A DNA stretch of 64,000 bases from an uncultured delta proteobacterium (GCA_963727625.1 CAVSHR010000009.1:128001-192000); one strand, 5' to 3'; positions 51,221 through 60,544 are shown, counted from the stretch's first letter. The notes: a model not told the origin generated them from the letters alone. Program-made: numbers and translations.

Positions 51221-51558
51221 GGCGAGTCAGGAACCGCAGGCGTTTGTTTCGTCCTGTCCTCTACCGCATCCCAGTAGCCGGGATCGGGTTTGGGCAGGGA
51301 ATGGAGCAAAGTCAGAAAATCGGCGCCGGTGAACCGCGGCGGTGTCACATGGGACATTTCACACACCGGCTCCCCGCCGCGCTCAATCACAAAGGTTTCT
51401 CCGCGGTAGCAAACCCGATCGAGTAATTCGGAAAAGCTGCGCGCCGCTTCCGTCGCTGAAATGACCCGGCTTCCTTTGACCGAATGCGCCGCATAAGTTC
51501 GCGGCTCCGGCTTCGAGCGTTTTCGCCCGCGAGATTTTCCTTTTTTGCCAGGTTTCAT
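51208..51558 (-). CDS. Phd/YefM-family antitoxin
   Basis: ISATEAARSFSELLDRV..RGETFVIERGGEPV; overlaps the toxin start. Confidence 0.88.
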   Translation of the reverse strand: MKPGKKGKSRGRKRSKPEPRTYAAHSVKGSRVISATEAARSFSELLDRVCYRGETFVIERGGEPVCEMSHVTPPRFTGADFLTLLHSLPKPDPGYWDAVEDRTKQTPAVPDSPWGS

Positions 51559-51559
51559 A

Positions 51560-51595
51560 ATAATCTGATTATCTGATTTCTAATTAAATTGTCAA
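51560..51595 (-). promoter_or_regulatory. Promoter/operator of the Phd-VapC operon
   Basis: Minus strand TTGACA-16-GATAAT, AATCAGAT direct repeat, and palindrome ATAATC(T)GATTAT at 51560-51572 next to the ATG. Confidence 0.6.
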
Positions 51596-51822
51596 ATCGC
51601 CGCAGCAGATCAATGATGCGTCACAGAGTCTGCAGGGGTGATTGGGGTCGCTGGTTAGGGTTGTGCCTGGATACTTAAACAATCGCGTAACAGCGGCACC
51701 CTTAAGTGGCGATTCACGTCGCTCTTATTCATTCAAATTGAGAAGTTGTTCGAATGGGTCAAGGAAAAAACGAGTCAGCGGGGGCAAGCAGCAACGACAT
51801 CGCGTCTGGACCTTGTGAGCGC

Positions 51823-52833
51823 TCACTGGGCCTTCTTCATTCGATCGAACTGGGACTTGAATTTTTCGCAAGGGTCTTGGTCGTCGACGCGCGGCGTAAA
51901 CCAGACGTAATCGAAAGGAAATCGGCCATTGGGAAATGAGAGAGCGTAACTCTGCGGTTGGGGCTTCTGTTTGTCGACTTCGACGAAAGCGATGCTAATC
52001 ACCTGCTTTTCCGGCGCCTTTGCCCTGAGATGAACCGGAATGCCGTAATCGTTGCGGACATGACCCGCTCCGGCCACCAGGATCGCACCGTCGGGATCGC
52101 CTGCCGCGATCAAGCTCTGCGCCATCTGAGCGTCTCTAGCCCGCTGTACCTCCACCATCGCTTTCACGCTTTTCTCGGATGCGTAGCCGCAATGAGCGTC
52201 GCGTATATCAGCCGCCATTCTGGCGAACACAGTTTCGGGGGGCGACTGGTCGAGACCCAGTTCATGCGCAACCCCCGGCCCGAGGGCTGACGGGCCGTCC
52301 CGGGTCATCTTTCTCGCAGTCGCAAGCGGCAGATTGGTCGCGACGATCCGAAGTTTTGCTTGAAGGGCGGCCTCGGCGATGGGTTGATACATCGCCCAAT
52401 CCGGCCATCCGCGTTTGTTCCAATTAACCGCCCGACCAAGCCCCGCGGCATCGTTCGGAGCGGCGGCGAGATGGCCGGCGATCGTGCCGGCGTCGTCAAG
52501 GCTGAGCATTTCGAAACCCACTGCGGGACGTCGTCCAACGGCAATCAGGCTCCGGAGCACTTCGGCCTGGAGCATGTGGTGGTCGGGGTTGTCATGCCGC
52601 TCGCCCAAGAGGATGAAGTCCGCGCGAGCTAAACGTTTGACCAGACTCCGCCGATCGATGAATCGAGCAGAAGAGACGTCCCAAATACGCCCGGTGAGAG
52701 GATGAATTCGACCCAGGGGTGATTGCCATGACGTGGCCGAGCAGCCCGCGACGGCGCATGCCGCCACGCCCAGGAACATCGCGAGCAGACTCGCCGTATC
52801 GGGTCTCACAGTGAAATACCCTATCGTTCTCAC
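51823..52833 (-). CDS. ChaN/PhuW-family heme-binding lipoprotein
   Basis: Lipobox VAGC, LLGERHDNPDHH, VGFEM, GWPDWAMYQPI, AHCG, QRARDAQMA, AGAGHVR. Confidence 0.87.
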   Translation of the reverse strand: MRTIGYFTVRPDTASLLAMFLGVAACAVAGCSATSWQSPLGRIHPLTGRIWDVSSARFIDRRSLVKRLARADFILLGERHDNPDHHMLQAEVLRSLIAVGRRPAVGFEMLSLDDAGTIAGHLAAAPNDAAGLGRAVNWNKRGWPDWAMYQPIAEAALQAKLRIVATNLPLATARKMTRDGPSALGPGVAHELGLDQSPPETVFARMAADIRDAHCGYASEKSVKAMVEVQRARDAQMAQSLIAAGDPDGAILVAGAGHVRNDYGIPVHLRAKAPEKQVISIAFVEVDKQKPQPQSYALSFPNGRFPFDYVWFTPRVDDQDPCEKFKSQFDRMKKAQ

Positions 52834-52923
52834 TCCGCTAAGCTTTGGGCCCTACCATCGGTTTTGGCTGATCCCAGCCTCCGGTATCTCTCGTCCAACT
52901 GCAACATGAACACTCCGGTTCCT

Positions 52924-53322
52924 TCACGGAATAACCGCGATGGCGTTGATCTCCAGCAGCAGCTCGGGCCGCGCCAGCGCCGCCACCTGCACCATCGTGC
53001 TGGTCGGGAAATTCGATCCCAAAACTTCGCGCCGGGTTTCGTTGATGTCACGGTGGTGGCGCACATCGGTGGTGAAGACGTTCAGCGCGACGACATCGTT
53101 GACCGTGCCGCCGGCGGCTTCGACGGCGCGTTGAATCTTCCCCAGGACAAAACGCGTCTGTGCCTTGGCGTCGTCGACGCCGACGACCTTGCCGTCATGA
53201 TCCGAAGCGGTCTGGCCGGCGATGAATACCATCCGGCCCGGCTGGGCGACGTTGACCAGTGAATAACTTCCGCGCGGCACCGGCAGCCCATCGGGATTGA
53301 ATGCGGTCTTGGCCATCGGCAT
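52924..53322 (-). CDS. RidA/YjgF family protein
   Basis: VFIAGQ, FPTSTMVQVAALARPELLLEI. Confidence 0.9.
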   Translation of the reverse strand: MPMAKTAFNPDGLPVPRGSYSLVNVAQPGRMVFIAGQTASDHDGKVVGVDDAKAQTRFVLGKIQRAVEAAGGTVNDVVALNVFTTDVRHHRDINETRREVLGSNFPTSTMVQVAALARPELLLEINAIAVIP

Positions 53323-53344
53323 GTCCTCCCATTATTGGCCGTTA

Positions 53345-53427
53345 AAGTAACGAACGTGTTCCAGCCGTTCCAAACGCTCAAAAAGTTCCAGCCGTTTAAG
53401 ACTCGGACGCTCAAGACTTCCCGAGAG
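53345..53427 (+). repeat. Dispersed intergenic repeat, copy A
   Basis: Core 53385-53427 is 38/43 identical to 58612-58654; preceded by GTTCCA-based 9-mers. Confidence 0.8.
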
Positions 53428-53472
53428 GGATAGTCTAGGTGAAACTTTTACATCTCGACTCTTTCGTTCGCC

Positions 53473-54153
53473 TTATTTCACCGCAAAGCAGTAAATCCGC
53501 CCTCCTCCTCCGCGCGGAGCGGTATCGGCGCAGCTTCCATTCTCATGTGACGAGTTCCATATGGCGTACCTCCCGGACGGATCGCCGCCAGGCCCCAAGC
53601 CATCCGAGTGACCTACCTGAGCTTGTTGGTCTTTCGCCTCCGATGTCCAATCGTTGCAGGTCTTTCCTACCATGAGCCTGCCGTCGGCCGTCGAGCCGGT
53701 CAGAATGTCATGCACGGTGGGTTTTGGTGAACCCGGCCAATTACCCGGAACTCGCTGCCCGTGCTCGTCGAGAAACATGTCGGCGTCTCCTTTGCGGGCA
53801 TGCAGCTCGTCAAGATCCTTCGCGACTACGACGCCCTTGGCATTCGACCAAGGGCCAGTGCCGATTCGACTGCGAGCGTCGGTCGGCTTGTTGCCGTTGT
53901 CGGGATCCCGCTCGGCGCTCAAGTAGGCGCGCCAGGTCTTGTTGCCGAGACCGACGGCGCTCGCCAGCTGCTGGCAAATCTTATCGGCTCCCCGTAGCCC
54001 GCCCAAGTTGACCGTCTTGCTCCCAGTGCTACTGACAAAAAAGCTCATGGCAGGACTGGTCTGCGCGCTTTCAGCGCCACTGCTCTGGCCCCCGTCACTA
54101 CTGACGGCGCCGAGCGCCGCCATCGCGGCGAGAATAAAGATACGTTGCTTCAT
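53473..54153 (-). CDS. Secreted lectin-like (endostatin/C-type-lectin-fold-like) protein
   Basis: Signal peptide from ATG 54153; MSFFVSS, NLGGLRGADKICQ.LA, WRAYLS, ARSRIG.GPW, HDILTGS, CNDWTS, RIYCFA. Confidence 0.7.
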   Translation of the reverse strand: MKQRIFILAAMAALGAVSSDGGQSSGAESAQTSPAMSFFVSSTGSKTVNLGGLRGADKICQQLASAVGLGNKTWRAYLSAERDPDNGNKPTDARSRIGTGPWSNAKGVVVAKDLDELHARKGDADMFLDEHGQRVPGNWPGSPKPTVHDILTGSTADGRLMVGKTCNDWTSEAKDQQAQVGHSDGLGPGGDPSGRYAIWNSSHENGSCADTAPRGGGGRIYCFAVK

Positions 54154-54650
54154 AAGCTTTTCCTTTCGCCAAATATTTAGGACGCCTCTCCGTTCAAAAA
54201 ACCTGTTCGTGTTTCGTGATTGCGTCTCCGGATCAATCCAGGACTTTGCGTCTAACCAAATCGCGATGAGCTTTGTCCGTTTCTTGCCAAAAAGCAAGAT
54301 CGTCGGGGGGCAGCATGACGATCATCGCAATTCATCGACGGCACTCCGTCCACTGGGCCGGCCAACGCGATCGCATCTCACTGATATTGCCATGGCGCAA
54401 TCGACCCCTGCGGCACTCGATGCCTCGCTCACCGAGAATCCAGCGGGGCTTCCCTCGCTCCGCATACGCTTGTATGGCGGCGGGTGGCTCCATGGTTGAC
54501 TTAAAATTTCTCGGCTTCATAAAGTTATAGATGTCACTCGCTCACGCGGCGGCCGAAAGCGGCGAGTCGCGCGCTCAACATCGGTCGCGACAAAATCCTG
54601 CGGGGCGGGGACAAAACAAGAAAAACTTACCCACACAGAAGGAGGTCGCC

Positions 54651-55688
54651 TTGAAGCTACAAAATTTATGGATCGTTGCTTTTGCCTTCGCTCTCATTAC
54701 CGTACCTCAGCTCGGAGCGAACGCCGCTCGCGCGCAGGAAAGAAGAGAACGGTTCGAAATACTTGTGCCCTCTCCGCCCGGCGGGTCCCGAGATGTCTAC
54801 GCGAGAGTCGTGGCGCGTCAAATCGGCAAATACCTGCCCGGCAATCCCACGGTCATCGTTAAAAATATGCCCGGGGCCGGCGGCGACATCATGTTGAACT
54901 TCCTCTACCATCGCGCCAAAAAGGACGGCAGCGTCTTTGCGACGGGCACCAACGCCATGTACCGAGCCCAACGCCTCGGCCTCAAGTCGGCGCAATACGA
55001 TTTACGCAAGTTCAATTTCGTTGGCGCGATGCCGGAGAGTCCCTATCTGCTCGTCATTCGCTACGACCATCCGGTGAAATCCTATCAGGAACTTCTGACC
55101 ACGAAAAAGCCGGTCTATTACGGCATGGAAAGGCCCTTTGGCGGCGGCTCCACTGAGCTCGTCGGCAACGCCTTGAAAGACGCGCTGGGCGCGCACCTGA
55201 GTTTCGTCACGGGCTACAAGGGCTCGGCGCTCCGCGTCAACGCGATCATGCGTAAGGAAATCGATACGACGTTGGATCGCCTGTCGACGGCTGAAGATTA
55301 CCTCAAGGAGAAGAAGCTTCGGATTCTTTTGGTTCTGACCTACGCCGACAGGGTTCCGGCAGAACTGCGCGGCGACGCTCCCGAATGGTTCAAGCTCGAT
55401 CTCAGCCCCGAGGTGCGGGAATTGTCCGATTTCGTCGTCACGCCCACCGATCTCGACAAGAGCTATTTAGCTCCGCCCGATGTGCCTGCGGAGCGCGTCA
55501 AAAACTTGCGCGACGCTTTCGAAAAGGTGCTTGCGGAACCGGGGGTTCAGAAATTTCTCAAGGACCGGGTCGCCGTCAGTCCCTCTATAACGGGTGAAGA
55601 TTTGCAGAATAAAGTCGTGCCTCGGCTCCTCGGCGTGAGCGAAGCGACCGTGACCAAAGTCAAGGCGTGGTTTGAAGAGAAAAAATAG
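54651..55688 (+). CDS. Bug/TctC tripartite tricarboxylate transporter substrate-binding protein (orphan)
   Basis: PPGGSRDVYAR, PGNPTVIVKNMPGAGG, VTGYKG, APPDVPAERVK.LR.AF. TTG after GGAGG. Confidence 0.88.
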   Translation: MKLQNLWIVAFAFALITVPQLGANAARAQERRERFEILVPSPPGGSRDVYARVVARQIGKYLPGNPTVIVKNMPGAGGDIMLNFLYHRAKKDGSVFATGTNAMYRAQRLGLKSAQYDLRKFNFVGAMPESPYLLVIRYDHPVKSYQELLTTKKPVYYGMERPFGGGSTELVGNALKDALGAHLSFVTGYKGSALRVNAIMRKEIDTTLDRLSTAEDYLKEKKLRILLVLTYADRVPAELRGDAPEWFKLDLSPEVRELSDFVVTPTDLDKSYLAPPDVPAERVKNLRDAFEKVLAEPGVQKFLKDRVAVSPSITGEDLQNKVVPRLLGVSEATVTKVKAWFEEKK

Positions 55689-55792
55689 CGGCGATTGCGC
55701 AGCCGCCCAACTCAAAAAAATTAGCGAATGGGTTCCCATCGTTCCAACGGATCGGTGGCCCCAGGGTAATCGAAAGAAATAATCCCATCGGC

Positions 55793-56116
55793 TCAGGCCG
55801 CTCGCGGAGTTGTGATGATCTGAGACAGCTCGTGCTCCGTTGCTCCGAGAGTGATGAGGGAGCGAATCAAGAGATCCAAGGAGACCGACGGGTCGCCCGC
55901 TTCCATCTTGGCAACCCGCGATTGGCTCGACTTAAGTTTTGCAGCGAGGTCCAGTTGAAATAAACCCTTTTGTTGCCGTCGCTGTCGCAAATCTGCCGCG
56001 AGCTTAATCTTCAGTTCGATGTATGCGGACTCCTCGTTGGAGAGACCCAAGAATTCCTCGACGGTGCCAACTTTCCAACCCTTTGCTTGCAAACGTTTTT
56101 TCTGATCGCTAGTCAT
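55793..56116 (-). CDS. XRE-family HTH antitoxin (HigA-like)
   Basis: KKRLQAKGWKVGTVEEFLGL, LAAKLKSSQSRVAKMEAGDPSVSLDLL. Confidence 0.85.
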   Translation of the reverse strand: MTSDQKKRLQAKGWKVGTVEEFLGLSNEESAYIELKIKLAADLRQRRQQKGLFQLDLAAKLKSSQSRVAKMEAGDPSVSLDLLIRSLITLGATEHELSQIITTPRAA

Positions 56117-56132
56117 TGCCCAGTTACCGCGT

Positions 56133-56231
56133 TCAAAGTAAGTCACCCGCTTCCAATCCGGCCTTCAACGAAAATGGAGGAGTTTGAACCTCCCCTTCCA
56201 GCCAGACGAGCGGTTTATCTCCCGAGACCAC
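56133..56231 (-). pseudogene. Truncated RelE/HigB (Gp49-like) toxin remnant
   Basis: Reads VSGDKPLVWLEGEVQTPPFSLKAGLEAGDLL*, matching the DKPLVWL.GE.KTPPFS...EAG.LL N-terminus of such toxins, directly upstream of the antitoxin. Confidence 0.75.
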
Positions 56232-56296
56232 CAACTCAACTGAATATCAGATTCGACATGTCGTCGATGATCAATGACCGGCAGCCGCAATCGCGA

Positions 56297-57343
56297 TCAG
56301 TATCCCCAGCGCGCTGCCACATCCTTCACCCGCTGATATTCCGGCGCTAATTCTTTGCGCTGCAGCAATTCCTGAAGGGCTTCGCTGACCAGATCCTGGG
56401 CGCATACGCTTTCGATCGGCGGAACCTCGTAATTGAGCTCGCCGAGCTTTGCTTCTTCCTTCAGCATGTCTTCGAACCCGGTCGCCAAACCGTCGATCGG
56501 AAACGGCATCGCCTCCAGGTCGCGCGGGGTGCGATTTGGATTATTTTCCACCACGCGCTCTTCCGGATCGGGGCTGAGAAAACGCAGCCGCTTTTCCAAA
56601 TTGATGAGGTAGTCGTAATTTTTCGGCATGTCACGCACGAACCAGTAGGCGCGAATCATCGCCTTGAGAAAACTCTTGACCATCTCCGGCTTTTCCTCGA
56701 GGATCCGGCCGGTGGCCGCGATGATCCGCTCGGGCCGCCCGTCGGGATATTGATCGGCGGGACTGACGAGCACGTTGCAGCCCTCGCGCTTTAAATCCTC
56801 GGCGTCCCAAGTTGGCACCGGCGCGCACTCCACCCTGCCGGTTCGGATGGCGTTCTTGAGCAGATGGTGGGCCACGCCGATACGCACCCATTCGACGTCG
56901 CGTTCCAAATCCAACCCGGCCTTCTTGAGCTGAATCTGAATCGCCCAATGGCGGATGCTGTTGAAGTCGCTGATGCCGACCCGCTTGCCCTTCAGGTTCG
57001 CCAAAGACTTGATATGCGGCGGCGCAACCCAAACGTTGGTGTGCTGATTGCGCCAGCCGGCGATGATGTACAGATCGGCGCCGCGCGCGCGCTGATAAAA
57101 CACCGTGCGCGATTGGACGTCGAGCGCGATGTCGACGGACTTTTCTTTCATCGCCTGGGAAATAGCCAATTTCTCCAGGCCGAAGGGCACCATCGAGTCA
57201 TGGGAAATTTGATAATTTAAAAACCCCTCCGCACTTCGGAGGCCCTCGTCGTACAAATAGTTCATCTCGTGCGCCGCCATCACCGGCACCTGATGGAGCA
57301 CGTGATAGCAAGTGGGCGCGATGCGCAGTTTACCGTCGAGCAT
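56297..57343 (-). CDS. NMT1/THI5-like substrate-binding-fold protein lacking a signal peptide
   Basis: IAGWRN, IKSLANLKGKRVGI, GLDLERDVEW, PEMVKSFLKAMIRA. N-terminus MLDGKLRIAPTC has no hydrophobic stretch. Confidence 0.8.
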   Translation of the reverse strand: MLDGKLRIAPTCYHVLHQVPVMAAHEMNYLYDEGLRSAEGFLNYQISHDSMVPFGLEKLAISQAMKEKSVDIALDVQSRTVFYQRARGADLYIIAGWRNQHTNVWVAPPHIKSLANLKGKRVGISDFNSIRHWAIQIQLKKAGLDLERDVEWVRIGVAHHLLKNAIRTGRVECAPVPTWDAEDLKREGCNVLVSPADQYPDGRPERIIAATGRILEEKPEMVKSFLKAMIRAYWFVRDMPKNYDYLINLEKRLRFLSPDPEERVVENNPNRTPRDLEAMPFPIDGLATGFEDMLKEEAKLGELNYEVPPIESVCAQDLVSEALQELLQRKELAPEYQRVKDVAARWGY

Positions 57344-57501
57344 GGGTTATCTCACTTTCTGGTTATCGATTTTTGCCGCTGGCCTTGGATAACTCCAAGC
57401 GGACGGCGCTGTCAACGCGTCTTCTCCGGCGCCAATCCACGGCGGATTTTTTTACCGACAAGGTCGTTGCTCGAAGATTTTTTGCGTGATAAGGGCGGAC
57501 T

Positions 57502-58494
57502 ATGAACTACAGTCTAGTGAAGATGCATTTTCGTTGGTTGACCGTGCTCGGTTGCTTGTGTGCTTTGCTCGCCGTGCCGCGCTCGGCTTTCGCGCAGGAT
57601 CTCCGCCGCATCTACTACGGCACCACGGCCTCGGTCTCCCATTTGCCGGTTTGGGTCGCCAGGGACAACGGCATGTTTGCCAAGCGCGGTTTGGACGTCG
57701 AGCCGGTGCAAATCCGCGGCGGCGCTTTGATCACCATGGGAATCATGAGCGGGCAATTGCAATTCTCCGGCGCAGGCGCGGCGTCGGTCATCGCGGCGCG
57801 CATCAAAGGCGGTGACGTCGTGCTGCTCGCCTGCCCGACCAATTTAGAGCCGATCTATCTGATCACTCGCCCGGAGATAAAGTCGCCAGCCGAATTGAAA
57901 GGCAAGCAGAGTGCGGTCACCCGCCTGGGCTCCTCCACGCACTTCTACTTGCGAGCCGCTTTGAGAGACATCGGCCTTGACCCGGAAAAGGACATGACCA
58001 TCCTGCAGCTCGGTGCCGGTCCGGAAATCGCTGCGGCCCTGGAAACCGGCAGGATCGCCGCGGCGGCGCTGAACATCCGCTACGCGCTGCCGTTTTTGGA
58101 GCGCAATTGGCCAGTGCTGGTCGATCTGAGCAAGACCGATTTGATCTATCCCTCCTCCTGCGTCACCAGCAGCCGCGCCTTCGTCAAAGCCGAGCCCAAG
58201 CTGGTCGAGAATTTTCTCGCCGCTTACAACGAGGCGATACAACTGATCAAGAAAGACCCGGCCCCGGCGGAACGTTCGCTCGCCAAGTGGTCCCGGGAGA
58301 AAGATTCCGACGTGGTCGCTAAATCCGTCGAGTCGCACCGCCGCATTCTAAATTCTCCTCCCTACGTCCCCGATAAAGGGATTGAGACCGTCGTCGAGGA
58401 CCTGGCAACGCGCACCAAGGTACCGAAAGAATTCATCGGCCATCCCGAACTATTTCGTGACAACGGTCCCTTGGAACGCGCCATCAAACGATGA
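57502..58494 (+). CDS. NMT1/THI5/SsuA-like ABC substrate-binding protein (orphan)
   Basis: Signal peptide (SAFAQ), LPVWVARDNGMFAKRGLDVE, ELKGK..AVTRLGSST, GLDPEKD. Confidence 0.87.
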   Translation: MNYSLVKMHFRWLTVLGCLCALLAVPRSAFAQDLRRIYYGTTASVSHLPVWVARDNGMFAKRGLDVEPVQIRGGALITMGIMSGQLQFSGAGAASVIAARIKGGDVVLLACPTNLEPIYLITRPEIKSPAELKGKQSAVTRLGSSTHFYLRAALRDIGLDPEKDMTILQLGAGPEIAAALETGRIAAAALNIRYALPFLERNWPVLVDLSKTDLIYPSSCVTSSRAFVKAEPKLVENFLAAYNEAIQLIKKDPAPAERSLAKWSREKDSDVVAKSVESHRRILNSPPYVPDKGIETVVEDLATRTKVPKEFIGHPELFRDNGPLERAIKR

Positions 58495-58561
58495 GTTGGC
58501 CGCGGAGAGCAATAAGGGTCAGAGCTATGATCGTCAATTCTTGGACTTTCGCAAACCGATC

Positions 58562-58654
58562 AAATTAGCGAGCGTGTTCCAGTCGCTCCGTGCGTTCCAT
58601 TGCTTCGCTCCGTTCCAGTCGTTTAGGAGTCGGACGCTCATGACTGCCCGAGAG
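58562..58654 (+). repeat. Dispersed intergenic repeat, copy B
   Basis: Matches copy A. A shorter related copy is at ~55718-55750 (aattagcgaatgggttcccatcgttccaacg). Confidence 0.8.
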
Positions 58655-58737
58655 TTCAGGAATATTCGAAAAGTCCAACTTCTTCGACTTCCCTTTTTTC
58701 CGGCTCGCGCGCCGCGCGCTGCTCGCGGCTTAATTCG

Positions 58738-59085
58738 TTAACTCTCATCAGCCAACAGTGTTCCAAGCTTTTGCAAAACCTCATCCGTGGCTTTCCGCGG
58801 CAGTTTGCAAATGAACTCGGCTTTTCGAACGCGCCAATCAAGACTCTTCACCTGATCCGCCAGAACGACTCCGGCGAGCTTTGATCCCGAAGGAATCGCC
58901 ACCTCGAATGGATAGCCTTTGATTTGGCTTGTGATCGAACACAGGATCGCTAGGCCAACCTTACCGTTGTACGCGGAAGGAGAAAGCACCAGCGCGGGAC
59001 GACGTCCGGCTTGCTCGTGCCCCGCTTGTGGATTAAGGGCTATCCAAACCGCGTCGCCGCGGGCGGGAACGTACCGTCGTGCCAT
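58738..59085 (-). CDS. mazF: MazF/PemK endoribonuclease toxin
   Basis: YVPARGDAVWI.LNPQAGHEQAGRRPALVLS, ITSQIKGYPFEV, DQVKSLDWR.R. Confidence 0.95.
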   Translation of the reverse strand: MARRYVPARGDAVWIALNPQAGHEQAGRRPALVLSPSAYNGKVGLAILCSITSQIKGYPFEVAIPSGSKLAGVVLADQVKSLDWRVRKAEFICKLPRKATDEVLQKLGTLLADES

Positions 59086-59327
59086 CACCAAATCTCGCGG
59101 CCTGCACGACGACCGAAATCCACTTCCCTATGCAGGTTTTTCTTATTCACCTTGGCCAAAAGCTCGCTGAGAGATATTTTTTTATGTTCCACGCGGGTCG
59201 CAATGACCTTGCCCTCGGAAACCGCTAAGTTTAACACCGTCCCTTCCATGACTTCCGCGTCTTTAGCCAAGGGTTTGGGAATTCTAAGAGCTAAACTATT
59301 TCCCCATTTTTGAACTCGGACGTGCAT
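59085..59327 (-). CDS. mazE: MazE (AbrB-type) antitoxin
   Basis: VQKWGNSLALRIPK, LSELL, NLHREVDFG...GREIW. ATG 59327 after GGAGG. Confidence 0.93.
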   Translation of the reverse strand: MHVRVQKWGNSLALRIPKPLAKDAEVMEGTVLNLAVSEGKVIATRVEHKKISLSELLAKVNKKNLHREVDFGRRAGREIW

Positions 59328-59345
59328 CAGCAGAACCTCCCGTCG

Positions 59346-59364
59346 GTCTCTACAATGAAGATAC
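59346..59364 (-). promoter_or_regulatory. mazEF autoregulatory operator palindrome
   Basis: GTCTCTACA-A-TGAAGATAC imperfect inverted repeat (7/9) just upstream of the mazE RBS. Confidence 0.6.
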
Positions 59365-59553
59365 AATTCAGTCTGAATTCGGTCAAGCTTTGATGGTGTT
59401 GCCTGTCGGCGGAGGATGCGCACTGTGTACAACCGAGGTCACCGTTCAGCACAGCCATCGAAGCGATTGGAAAGCGCCCCGGCAAAGTTGCAAAATGGCT
59501 GCGCGGCAAGTTTTGAAGGAGCCGCGTAAATTTGCGGCGGAGGCAACGGTTTT

Positions 59554-60431
59554 ATGACCCCCATGATGAATATGTACGAGACGATCCGCGAGAATTTGCA
59601 TTTCAATAAATTCGCGGTGGGGGGAGCTGCTTTTCGTGGAGTACAAGTGCCCGATCGAGCAAGAGGCCGCCGGCGTGTGGACGCCGATGGATTATTTTGT
59701 TCATGCGCTGAGCGGCAAAAAAAACCTGGCGGTCTACAGAGGGATCCTGCACCTTAGAAAAGGGCCAGACGTTGTTTTTCAAGAAAGGCGCCGCCATCCT
59801 GCACCAGGAGTTCAAGGACGATTTCTGCCTTTTGCTGTTTTTCGTTTCGGATGATTTTATCCGCGGTGTCGTCAGGGAAATTGCCGGCCAGTTGAGCAGG
59901 AGGCATGCTGGCGAAGTGCTCCGCAAAGGCGCGATACTCGTCAACGGCGATGTGACCCTGGCGGCTTATTTTCAATCCATGCTGGCCTATTTCACGGCGA
60001 CGGCAAAGCCGGCGGAAAAATTGTTGACGCTCAAACTGAAGGAATTGATCGTGACCCTATTGCTGGGAGGCAACAATCCCGAGCTCGCGGCCTACTTTCA
60101 ATCGCTCCTCAAAAGAGCTGCGCCGCCGCTGTCACAAATCATGGAGGCGAATTTTTGTTACAACCTCGCGCTGGAAGATTTCGCGAAACTCTCCCATCGC
60201 AGTCTGTCCACCTTCAAACGCGACTTCCGCAAGTCCTACAACCAACCGCCCGACAAGTGGCTATTGCAAAAGCGGTTGGAATACTCAGCCGTGCTGCTAA
60301 AAAATTCCACCCTGAACTTGTCGCAAGCCGTCCTGGATTGCGGCTTCGAAGACCTTTCCCATTTCAGCCGGGCGTTCAAGCAAAAATTCGGCAGGTCCCC
60401 GGCGAATTACCGTAAGGAAACAGGCTGCTGA
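59554..60431 (+). pseudogene. AraC-family regulator split by two +1 homopolymer frameshifts
   Basis: Removing one G (G6, 59619-59624) and one A (A8, 59717-59724) gives one continuous ORF ...FAVGELLFVEYKCP...LSGKKTWRS...FFKKGA... to the AraC HTH (RSLSTFKRDF, CGFEDLSHFSRAFK). Confidence 0.85.
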
Positions 60432-60544
60432 AAAAGACCCATATGCTCCGTTGCGCAATCCACTCGCGTCAACGCACTGCCAATGTTCGGCTCCGCTCGG
60501 CGATTCATCGCGCGTCTCGCCTCTGGATCTTTTTGAGCAGCCTG
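60421..60544. mobile_element. MITE-like element with 21-bp terminal inverted repeats
   Basis: CAGGCTGCTGAAAAAGACCCA (60421-60441) versus the reverse complement of 60524-60544, CAGGCTGCTCAAAAAGATCCA: 19/21. An extra right-end-like copy lies at ~60551-60569. Confidence 0.7.
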
